Shown here in pieces: positions 56,067-64,000 of a stretch of DNA of 64,000 nucleotides. The DNA is from an uncultured Actinomycetota bacterium (GTDB taxonomy: Bacteria > Actinomycetota > Actinomycetes > CAVWCF01). The notes beneath the pieces are model-generated. The model was not told where the DNA came from. It searched no databases and saw nothing but the letters and a program-made list of their open reading frames with translations. A program made the position numbers and the translations under genes. The stretch's first letter is position 1; the number at the start of each line of letters is the position of its first letter. Location of the stretch: positions 153,373 to 217,372 of the forward strand of contig CAVWCF010000005.1 of NCBI GenBank assembly GCA_963753435.1. Reading direction: 5' to 3'.

Positions 56067-57008
56067 TCAGCCGGCCGCAGCCGCCAGAAGCGTCAGCGAA
56101 GCGGCGACTATCTCCTCCTGAGCTTGCTCGCGAGAGATGCTCGGCTCGCCATCGCGCGGTTGCCTGCCGTAGTCGCCGAAGTGACTGTGGACTGCACCCT
56201 CGACCCTGGTGAACACGGTGTCGCTGGGCAGCAGTTCGCGGGAGTCCTCGATGTCCGACGGAGTTGTCAGCGCGTCGTTGGAACCGGATACCGAGGCGAC
56301 CGGGAATTCGATCGACGAAACGTCGCTGAGTGGGTAGGCGGCCCAAAGCAGCAAACCGGCGAAACCGTTGCCGCTGGCGGCGGCGTCGCGGGCTGCTTCG
56401 GTGCCACCAAGGCTGTGGCCGCCGACCACCCAACGCCCGTCCCCGGCGGCTCGCTCCGCGGCGCCGCCGCACAGCAGGGCCAGGTCCAGCGGGCACTTCA
56501 GGACGACGACCTGGTGTCCGGCCTCCGCCAGGTCCCGAGCGAGCACGGAGTACGCGCGGGGATCGACCAAGGCTCCGGGGTAGAAGGCAAGGCTCGCCCC
56601 GGTCTGAGTCGCCGGCTGGAATCGAAGTTCAGCGCGAGATTCGGTGACGGCCACGGCGGAATCGGACTCCATCGCGGCGATCGCGACCGGTTCGGCGGAC
56701 AGCGGGCGCAACCACACGAGCAACGCCGCGACGCCGGCCGCGGCGACGAAGCCGGCCCATCGCCCGATGGTCGACAGTCGGCCCGAGGCCTTGCCGGCGG
56801 CCCGACCCGTTAGCAGGAGCACGACCCCCACGACGAGGGTCGCCAGCAGCAACAAGGGGTAGGCGGGGTGGTTTGCGAGCAGAGGGGACCAAGTGGTTGC
56901 GGCGATCAGCAAGGCGACGGCGACCCACAGGGCACCGGCGAGCAGCCGTGGCCAGGACCTCGTCGGGGCCTCATCCGGCTCGTTCGCCGGGATGTCGGGG
57001 CTGCTCAC
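56067..57008 (-). CDS. Membrane-anchored alpha/beta hydrolase (Abhydrolase_5-like)
   Basis: Three N-terminal TMs, FYPGALVD, GGHSLGG, GSND, HSHFGDYG.Q..D. Confidence 0.85.
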   Translation of the reverse strand: MSSPDIPANEPDEAPTRSWPRLLAGALWVAVALLIAATTWSPLLANHPAYPLLLLATLVVGVVLLLTGRAAGKASGRLSTIGRWAGFVAAAGVAALLVWLRPLSAEPVAIAAMESDSAVAVTESRAELRFQPATQTGASLAFYPGALVDPRAYSVLARDLAEAGHQVVVLKCPLDLALLCGGAAERAAGDGRWVVGGHSLGGTEAARDAAASGNGFAGLLLWAAYPLSDVSSIEFPVASVSGSNDALTTPSDIEDSRELLPSDTVFTRVEGAVHSHFGDYGRQPRDGEPSISREQAQEEIVAASLTLLAAAAG

Positions 57009-57096
57009 GGCGGGGAGTCTGCCCAAGTCCACCCGCCGCCGCGCACCGGCTCGGTTTCCGCTCCGTCACTCTCGGTATCCGGCGGTGGACAACAAA

Positions 57097-57127
57097 CCTA
57101 CGGTTCCGTAGGCTACTGGCCAGTAGC
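57097..57127. promoter_or_regulatory. Tandem palindromic operators CCTAC-GGTTCC-GTAGG and GCTAC-TGGCCA-GTAGC
   Basis: Two abutting TAC-N6-GTA inverted repeats, offset by 15 bp, between divergent hydrolase genes. Confidence 0.7.
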
Positions 57128-57184
57128 AAGTCCTCCGCCAGGCCCTTGGTTCGGTCGCGGCGGCTTAGGTGCAGGGAGGTGGAC

Positions 57185-58066
57185 ATGGCGCAGGTGGCAG
57201 GTGAGCCCATCCGCCGCGACAGTGGCTTCGTCTGGGAGAACGCCGCCCTGCACGGTCGCGACGTCGCTTATCAGCACCGACCCGGCTCCGGTCCGGCCCT
57301 GCTGCTGGTTCATGGAGTCGGATCGAGCTCACAGTCTTGGGCCGAAGTCCTGGAACACCTGAAGCCTGGCGAAGAACACATCATCGCCGTAGACCTGCCC
57401 GGCCACGGTCGCTCGGACAAGCGGCGTGGTGACTACAGCCTCGGCGCCTTGGCCTCGACCCTGCGCGACCTGTTGGACCACCTCGGCATTGCGAGCGTGA
57501 CTCTGGTCGGCCACTCCCTTGGTGGCGGCATCGCGATGCAGTTCGCCTACCAGTTCCCGCAGCGCACCGACCGGTTGGTGCTCGTGGCATCCGGCGGTCT
57601 TGGTGAGGAGACGTTCCCACTGCTGCGGGCCGCGACCCTGCCCGGCTCGGAACTGGTGATCCGGGGGCTGACACATGAGCGGACTCTGGGCGCGCTGGAC
57701 CGACTGGCCGGCGGCCTGCAATCGCTGCGCATCCGCAATGACTTCGTGTCTGACGACACCCGGACCATCCTGCGCGGCCTGAACGAGTCACAGGCGCGCT
57801 CGGCGTTCCTCAGCACCCTTCGTAGCGTCGTCGACGTCTCCGGGCAGCGAGTGTCCGCCGTGGACAAGCTCTCCGCCGCCGCCGCATTGCCGACGTTGCT
57901 GATCTGGGGGGACCGGGATCCGATCATCCCCCTTGAGCACGGACAGCGTGCCGTCGAGTTGCTGCCTCAGGGCCGGCTGGTGGTATTTCCCGGGGCCGGG
58001 CACGAGCCACACCGCTACGACCCGATCAGGTTCGCCGACCTGGTGCGGGATTTCACCGCGAAATAG
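57185..58066 (+). CDS. Alpha/beta hydrolase
   Basis: GGAGG RBS. VHGVG, DLPGHG, GHSLGGG, WGDRDPIIP, GAGHEPH. Confidence 0.9.
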   Translation: MAQVAGEPIRRDSGFVWENAALHGRDVAYQHRPGSGPALLLVHGVGSSSQSWAEVLEHLKPGEEHIIAVDLPGHGRSDKRRGDYSLGALASTLRDLLDHLGIASVTLVGHSLGGGIAMQFAYQFPQRTDRLVLVASGGLGEETFPLLRAATLPGSELVIRGLTHERTLGALDRLAGGLQSLRIRNDFVSDDTRTILRGLNESQARSAFLSTLRSVVDVSGQRVSAVDKLSAAAALPTLLIWGDRDPIIPLEHGQRAVELLPQGRLVVFPGAGHEPHRYDPIRFADLVRDFTAK

Positions 58067-58078
58067 CGCGACCCGGCT

Positions 58079-59329
58079 TTACGGGCCGGTGCTGTCATCC
58101 GGTGGCGCACCCGTGGCAGCGAGTTGATCTCGTGGCGCAGCTCGCTCGAACCAAGTTGCGAGTGGGCCCGCGGATAGGCCGTGGGCGATCACCGACATGG
58201 CGACGGTGATGGCCATAGCCGCTGCCACGACCCCGCCGTCGGGTTCGACCAGCAGGTCCAGCGCGAGAATCCCGAAGACGATCGAGGCCAGCCCTCTAGG
58301 TCCGAGCCAGCCGATGAGCACCACGGTGCGCCAGTTCAAATTCGTCCCAAGCAACGCCAGGGCGACCGGAACCATGCGCAGGACGGTCAAAGCCAGGGCG
58401 GCGAAGACGACCGTCTGCCAGGTGAGGTTCACCAGCGCAGGTTCCAGGACCGCAATGCCGAACACGAACCACACCGCAAACCCCAGCAGCAGTCCGACTC
58501 GGTCGGTGAAGGAGATGACGTGGTTGGGGCGATGGCGGGCAACACCGCTCCCGAAGCTCAGGCCGCAGACGAACGCGGCGACGAAGCCGTTGCCCCCAAG
58601 AGCCACTGTGCCGAAGTAGACGCCCAGTGCCAGCGCGAAAGGCGCAATCGGCTCAAGTACTTCCATCGAATAGGCCCGCAGGTGCGCTGCTGACAGGGCG
58701 GCGCCACCCAGCCGGCCGGCACCAGCACCGACGACCAAGGCGATCCCGAGTTCAACTAGGACCTCGATCAGCGGATTGCCCCGAACCGCGCCTTCGGTGG
58801 CCAGCGCGCCGGCAGCGAAGAACAGCAGGATCGGCGACGCCAGCCCGTCGTTGAGTCCGCTCTCGACGTTGACCAAGTCGCGCAGCCGCTGCGGAACCCG
58901 CTCGTTCTCAAGGATCGACGAACTCAGCGCGGCGTCGGTGGGCGCAACGGTCGTAGCCAGGACCGCCGCCACCCACAGGCTCGTGTCACCGAAGAGCCAA
59001 TGTGAAGCCGCGATGCCGCCCAGAATGGTTAGGGGAAGGCCGAGCAAGAGCAGCCGCCCGGCCAGCGCGCCGTTTACCTCCAACCTGGCGATGGAGATTC
59101 GCGAGGCATCGGTGAAGAGGATCAGCGCAAGGGTTACCTCGATCAACAACCGGAACTGCTCGGTGTCCAAGTCGATGCTGATCCCGTCGGTGCGGGCCAG
59201 GAGCAGCCCAGTGACCATGAGCACGATCGGTGCGGTGACGCTTCGTGCTGACAGTCGGCGGGAAACCAAGACCCAGGCCAGCACCAGGGCGAGGAAAAGA
59301 ACAACGCCCCACTCGCCGACCTCGGACAT
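58079..59329 (-). CDS. Cation:proton antiporter (CPA1/NhaP family)
   Basis: ILFTDA, APTDAAL, VESGLNDG, GWLGPRGLAS, S...HG.S. Confidence 0.9.
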   Translation of the reverse strand: MSEVGEWGVVLFLALVLAWVLVSRRLSARSVTAPIVLMVTGLLLARTDGISIDLDTEQFRLLIEVTLALILFTDASRISIARLEVNGALAGRLLLLGLPLTILGGIAASHWLFGDTSLWVAAVLATTVAPTDAALSSSILENERVPQRLRDLVNVESGLNDGLASPILLFFAAGALATEGAVRGNPLIEVLVELGIALVVGAGAGRLGGAALSAAHLRAYSMEVLEPIAPFALALGVYFGTVALGGNGFVAAFVCGLSFGSGVARHRPNHVISFTDRVGLLLGFAVWFVFGIAVLEPALVNLTWQTVVFAALALTVLRMVPVALALLGTNLNWRTVVLIGWLGPRGLASIVFGILALDLLVEPDGGVVAAAMAITVAMSVIAHGLSAGPLATWFERAAPRDQLAATGAPPDDSTGP

Positions 59330-59389
59330 GGCACTACCTCCGGGGCGAACCGTAGAACTTCCGCTGATATCTCGCGGCATGATGCGACC

Positions 59390-62347
59390 GTGAATGGGGC
59401 GGATTGGTTCGGGGCGGTAGATCTGCCCGGTCCGGATGTGTCGGCCGATCAGGCGCGGCTGTGGGCTGAGCAGTTGTACGGCATTGTCGGAACCGTCTCC
59501 GAACTTGGGAGTGCCCAGGACGCCAACTTTCGCATCCGGTCCGCCGATCGCGACTACGTCCTGAAGGTGGCAAACCCGGGCTTCGGCCCGGAGTTGCTGC
59601 AGCTCGAAGACGCGGTGATGCGGCACCTGGCGTCCAGGCTGTCCCATCTGCAAGTCCCCGAAGTGGTGCCCGCGCTGGATGCCGCCGCCATCAGCCGGGT
59701 CGACGTGAATGGTCAACCGCACCAGATCCGGGTCACCTCCTGGCTGGGGGACTCGACGTTGTCCGACTTCGGGTATCTGCCCGAGTCAGTCGTTCGAGGT
59801 GTGGGTGCGACCGCGGCCAGGTGCATCCAGGCGCTGTCCGACTTCGCGCATCCGGCCCTGAATCGCGCCTCGCAGTGGGACAACCGGCTGGCGGTGGAAG
59901 TGGTGGAGGCGCTCGCACCGGCCATTGCCGACGCCGCTTCGCGGGCTCGGGTACTAGACCTGGCTCACCAGGCGGAGTCGCTTCTTCGCCCAGTAGTCGC
60001 TGACTTGGGCCAGCAACCCATTCATGGCGACCTGGCCGACTACAACTTGATGGCCGCGGCCGATGCAGCCGGTCGACCGGTCCTGACCGCGGTCATCGAC
60101 TTCGGCGACGTGATGAGTTCCTGGCGAGTGGGGGAATTGGCCACCGCAGTCACGTCGCTGTTACGGCGAGACCACCGCGCCCCGGTGCGGGAAGCAGCGT
60201 TGGCGGCGTCCGGGTTTCACGAAGTCGTTGAGATGACCGAGGCCGAGGCGGTCGCCCTGTGGCCCCTGATCCTCCTGCGTGCCGCCGTTCTGACGGCCAG
60301 CGTTGAGAAGCAGTTGGCGATCGACCCGGGCAACGACTACGCGGCGGCCGAGCGCCGACTTGACTGGCTCATCCTCGAGCGCGTCGCCGCCGTTCCTCCG
60401 GCCCTTGCCGAGGAGGTGATCCGTGCAGCCCTGGCGCTGCCCCGGTCGCCCCGGGCGATCGCCACGAACGCCTGGGTGCGGGATCGCCAGCCCTACGGGG
60501 TGCGACCGCTGAACTACCGGCGCAGCCGCGCAGTGGATCTTTCGGTGACCTCACCAGATCTTCACGAAGGCAATTGGCTGACCGCCGCCGGACTGGCGGT
60601 CATGTTTGATGTCGACGCTTACTGCCTGATCGGTCGCCATGGCGAGGCCCGGTTGCATCGGGCTACTGCTGATATCGCCGCGGAGCCCGCGGGGATCCAT
60701 GTGGGGGTGGACCTTTTCGCGCCCGCCGGGACTTCGGTGCACTCCCCGATCAGCGGGCTGGTCGTGGCCAGCGCCGACGATGGCCTACGGCTGCGGGACG
60801 GCGGCGTCGACCTGCTGTTGCGTGGGGTGACCGCCGAGGTGGCTGTCGGGGCCGCCGTTACCGCCGGTGATCCGCTGGGACAGATCGCCTTGACGTCCCC
60901 GGACCCGCCGCTGCCACCGCACGTGCACGTTCAGGTGCTCCCCGAGGGCGCGGAATTGGGGATGTATCTGCCGCAGTGGGCACTGCCGGCGGCGGCGCTG
61001 TCGCCGGATCCGGGCCCGGTGCTCGGCGGACTGGTCACGGCCGAATCGGCGGCGCGAACCGACCCGGAGGAACTGCTGCAACAGCGGGATCGGTTCGTCG
61101 CACCAGTTCAGGAGCACTACTACTCCAGGCCGCCGGTGATCGGCCGCGGCTGGCGCCATCACCTGTTCGACGAGTCCGCCCGCTCCTACCTGGACATGGT
61201 CAACAACGTGACCGTCCTCGGGCACAGTCACCCGGCCGTCACCGCGGCGGCCATGAGGCAACTGCGACTGCTGAACACCAACAGCCGGTTCCACTACGAG
61301 CCGCTGGTGCAGTTCGCGCAACGGCTGGTGGGCCTGATGCCCGCCGGGTTGGAGTCGGTGCTGTTCGTCAACAGCGGCAGCGAGGCGGTGGACCTTGCGC
61401 TGCGCCTGGCCCGCGCGGCGACTGGCCGGCGCGACGTGATCGCGTTGCGCGGCGGGTACCACGGGTGGACCACGGCGACGGATGAGATCACCACCGCGCT
61501 CAACGACAATCCCAACGCGCTGCAGACCCGGCCACCGTGGGTGCATCTGGCCGAGATGCCGAACACGTACCGGGGCCAACATCGGGGGGCCGACGCCGGG
61601 TCCCGCTACGCCGACGATCTGCGTGAGTTGGTTGCCGGCATGGTTGCCGAGGGCATACCGCCGGGAGCCTTCGTGGCCGAAGCCCTGTCCGGCAACGCCG
61701 GTGGCGTCTTGTTGCCGGATGGGTACCTCGGCGCCGCCTACGCGGCGGTGAGGTCGGCCGGCGGTCTGGCCATCGCCGACGAGGTCCAGGTCGGCTACGG
61801 GCGGACCGGAGCGCACTTCTGGCACTTCGAGGCGCACGGCGTGGTTCCCGACATCGTCACGGCGGCCAAGGCGGTCGGCAACGGCTACCCGATCGGCGTC
61901 GTCATCACGAGGCCGGAGATTGCGGCGGCGCTGGGCTCGGAAGGCTCGTTCTTCTCCTCCGTTGGGGGCAGCCCGGTCTCGTGCGCGGTCGGGCTGGCGG
62001 TCCTGGACACCATCGAGTCGGAGCAGTTGCAGGCCAACGCGGCCAAGGTCGGGGAACACTTGCGTCGCCGGCTGGAGTCACTGCGGGACCGGCACGAGTT
62101 GGTTGGCGCGGTCCACGGCGTGGGGCTGTACCTGGGGGTGGAACTGGTGCGCGACTCCGACACCCGGCAACCAGCCACTCAGGAGGCGTACGCCATCTGC
62201 GACCGGCTGTTGGAACTTGGGGTGATCTGCCAACCAACCGGTGACTACTCCAACGTGCTCAAGGTCAAGCCGCCGCTATGCATCACGCAGGAGTCCGCGG
62301 ACTTCTTCGTCGACATGCTCGATCGGACGCTGACCGAGGGCTGGTAG
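59390..62347 (+). CDS. Phosphotransferase-M23-like-class III aminotransferase fusion (hydroxylysine kinase/phospho-lyase-like)
   Basis: LGSAQDANF, HGDLADYN, IDFGD kinase motifs; HVGVDLF and PHVHVQ M23 motifs; LNTNSRF, NSGSEA, DEVQVGYGR, TAAK (PLP Lys), KVKPPL. Confidence 0.88.
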   Translation: MNGADWFGAVDLPGPDVSADQARLWAEQLYGIVGTVSELGSAQDANFRIRSADRDYVLKVANPGFGPELLQLEDAVMRHLASRLSHLQVPEVVPALDAAAISRVDVNGQPHQIRVTSWLGDSTLSDFGYLPESVVRGVGATAARCIQALSDFAHPALNRASQWDNRLAVEVVEALAPAIADAASRARVLDLAHQAESLLRPVVADLGQQPIHGDLADYNLMAAADAAGRPVLTAVIDFGDVMSSWRVGELATAVTSLLRRDHRAPVREAALAASGFHEVVEMTEAEAVALWPLILLRAAVLTASVEKQLAIDPGNDYAAAERRLDWLILERVAAVPPALAEEVIRAALALPRSPRAIATNAWVRDRQPYGVRPLNYRRSRAVDLSVTSPDLHEGNWLTAAGLAVMFDVDAYCLIGRHGEARLHRATADIAAEPAGIHVGVDLFAPAGTSVHSPISGLVVASADDGLRLRDGGVDLLLRGVTAEVAVGAAVTAGDPLGQIALTSPDPPLPPHVHVQVLPEGAELGMYLPQWALPAAALSPDPGPVLGGLVTAESAARTDPEELLQQRDRFVAPVQEHYYSRPPVIGRGWRHHLFDESARSYLDMVNNVTVLGHSHPAVTAAAMRQLRLLNTNSRFHYEPLVQFAQRLVGLMPAGLESVLFVNSGSEAVDLALRLARAATGRRDVIALRGGYHGWTTATDEITTALNDNPNALQTRPPWVHLAEMPNTYRGQHRGADAGSRYADDLRELVAGMVAEGIPPGAFVAEALSGNAGGVLLPDGYLGAAYAAVRSAGGLAIADEVQVGYGRTGAHFWHFEAHGVVPDIVTAAKAVGNGYPIGVVITRPEIAAALGSEGSFFSSVGGSPVSCAVGLAVLDTIESEQLQANAAKVGEHLRRRLESLRDRHELVGAVHGVGLYLGVELVRDSDTRQPATQEAYAICDRLLELGVICQPTGDYSNVLKVKPPLCITQESADFFVDMLDRTLTEGW

Positions 62348-62374
62348 CGGCATGATCGGCTGCGGAGGTGGGCG

Positions 62375-64000
62375 ATGAGCGATGGACGCGGCCCGATCCG
62401 GGCGGCTCGGGGAACGAAACTGACTGCGCGCGGGTGGCAGCAGGAGGCCGCGTTGCGGATGCTCATGAACAACCTGGACCCGGAAGTCGCCGAGCATCCG
62501 GAGGAGCTCATCGTCTACGGCGGCAGCGGCAAGGCCGCGCGAGACTGGGCCTCGTACGACGCGATCGTGCGCACACTCACCACCCTCGCCGACGACGAAA
62601 CATTGCTCGTTCAGTCAGGCCGGCCGGTCGGGGTCATGCAGACGCACGAGTGGGCCCCGCGGGTACTCATCGCCAACTCCAACCTTGTCGGTGACTGGGC
62701 TAATTGGGATGAGTTCCGGCGACTGGAGGCACTCGGTCTGACCATGTACGGGCAGATGACCGCCGGTTCGTGGATCTACATCGGCACCCAGGGGATCCTG
62801 CAGGGCACGTACGAGACGTTCGGCGCGGTCGCGGCCAAGCGCTTCGGCGGCAGCCTCGCCGGCACGGTGACACTGACCGCTGGTCTTGGCGGAATGGGTG
62901 GAGCGCAGCCCCTGGCGGTCACCATGAACGACGGTGTGGCCATCTGCGTGGAGTGCGACCCGTCCCGCATCCAGCGCCGGTTGGAGACGCGCTACCTGGA
63001 CGTGGCCGCCGAATCAGTGGACGAGTGCTTGGCGTTGGCTCAACAAGCACGTTCGCAACGCCGCCCGCTGTCTATCGGTCTGCTCGGTAACGCCGCTGAC
63101 ATCGTGCCGGACCTGCTGGCACGCGGTGCCGAGATCGACATAGTCACCGATCAGACTTCCGCGCACGATCCGCTGCGCTACCTGCCGTCCGGGGTCGCGT
63201 TCGAGGACTGGGATGCCCAACGGGACAAGGACCCGGTGGGGTTGACCGCCATGGCGCAGGAGTCGATGGCCCGACACGTGGAGGCGATGGTCGGTTTCGC
63301 TGACGCCGGCGCGGAGGTGTTCGACTACGGCAACTCGATCCGGGACGAGGCCCGCAAGGGTGGATACGCACGCGCCTTCGACTTCCCCGGTTTCGTGCCC
63401 GCCTACATCCGGCCGCTCTTCTGCGAGGGCAAGGGCCCCTTCCGTTGGGCGGCACTGTCCGGTGACCCCGCCGATATAGCCAAGACCGACGCCGCGGTGC
63501 TGGACCTCTTCAGCGACAACGAACCGTTGACCCGCTGGATCAGGATGGCGGGGGAGCGGGTGGCCCAACAGGGACTGCCGGCACGAATCTGCTGGTTGGG
63601 CTACGGCGAACGGCACCTGGCCGGCGAGCGGTTCAACGAGATGGTGGCCAGTGGCGAGTTGTCCGCGCCCATCGTCATCGGCCGCGACCACTTGGACTGC
63701 GGGTCCGTCGCTTCGCCCTACCGGGAAACCGAGGCAATGCTCGACGGCTCGGATGCCATCGCGGATTGGCCGCTGCTCAACGCCATGGTCAACGTGGCAT
63801 CGGGAGCTTCCTGGGTTTCCATCCACCACGGCGGCGGTGTGGGCATCGGCAGGTCGATTCACGCCGGGCAGGTCAGCGTTGCCGACGGCACCGCGCTGGC
63901 GGCGGAGAAGTTGCGCCGGGTCCTCACCAACGACCCCGGGATGGGAGTCATCCGGCACGTGGATGCCGGCTACGAGTTGGCTGATTCGGTGGCTGCCGAG
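62375..64000 (+). CDS. hutU: Urocanate hydratase, truncated by the window edge
   Basis: [72 protein letters not shown]. Open to the end of the window. Confidence 0.96.
   Translation, partial: MSDGRGPIRAARGTKLTARGWQQEAALRMLMNNLDPEVAEHPEELIVYGGSGKAARDWASYDAIVRTLTTLADDETLLVQSGRPVGVMQTHEWAPRVLIANSNLVGDWANWDEFRRLEALGLTMYGQMTAGSWIYIGTQGILQGTYETFGAVAAKRFGGSLAGTVTLTAGLGGMGGAQPLAVTMNDGVAICVECDPSRIQRRLETRYLDVAAESVDECLALAQQARSQRRPLSIGLLGNAADIVPDLLARGAEIDIVTDQTSAHDPLRYLPSGVAFEDWDAQRDKDPVGLTAMAQESMARHVEAMVGFADAGAEVFDYGNSIRDEARKGGYARAFDFPGFVPAYIRPLFCEGKGPFRWAALSGDPADIAKTDAAVLDLFSDNEPLTRWIRMAGERVAQQGLPARICWLGYGERHLAGERFNEMVASGELSAPIVIGRDHLDCGSVASPYRETEAMLDGSDAIADWPLLNAMVNVASGASWVSIHHGGGVGIGRSIHAGQVSVADGTALAAEKLRRVLTNDPGMGVIRHVDAGYELADSVAAE

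Noticed and set aside
57009-57184. Riboswitch or sRNA between the two hydrolases
   Set aside because: The inverted repeats have 0-2 nt loops, which suits dsDNA operator palindromes better than RNA hairpins.
52256-64000. Genomic island or prophage integrated at tRNA-fMet
   Set aside because: No integrase, no duplicated tRNA 3' end seen in the window and no obvious compositional shift. The holin-like gene belongs to a family common on actinobacterial chromosomes and has no phage neighbours.

Overview
A GC-rich actinobacterial chromosomal segment made up almost entirely of core, syntenic genes. It joins the tag-DUF3117-O-methyltransferase-htrA-tatB-mrp-mgtE block to the ParA/DEAD-box/TetR/moeZ/adnAB/nudC/mycoredoxin/uvrD2/ABC1-kinase/PDZ-Lon/UPF0182/tRNA-fMet block, and carries a Ku-LigD(polymerase) pair. 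After the tRNA comes a more variable stretch: GNAT, holin-like protein, LysR, methyltransferase, hydrolases, a cation:proton antiporter, a kinase-M23-aminotransferase fusion and a partial hutU. I see no integrase, transposase, prophage or CRISPR array. The most striking signal is non-coding, in the ~540 bp gap at 45293-45830. There a helically phased array of DnaA-box-like 9-mers sits directly upstream of a canonical TTGACC-N18-TACCGT promoter, whose predicted ~90-nt transcript folds into one long hairpin (candidate DnaA-controlled sRNA). Other observations: two CxxC-CxxC mini-proteins missed by the ORF track, a UvrD2 lacking its C-terminal tetracysteine/HRDC part, a shared TAC-N6-GTA operator at lipid-related promoters, a leaderless 8-codon uORF coupled to a FasR-like TetR, pervasive leaderless promoters, a probable frameshift at ~25270, and absence of sigE-rseA and whiB7 from their usual positions. 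All family assignments come from motif and synteny recognition by eye; no searches were run.
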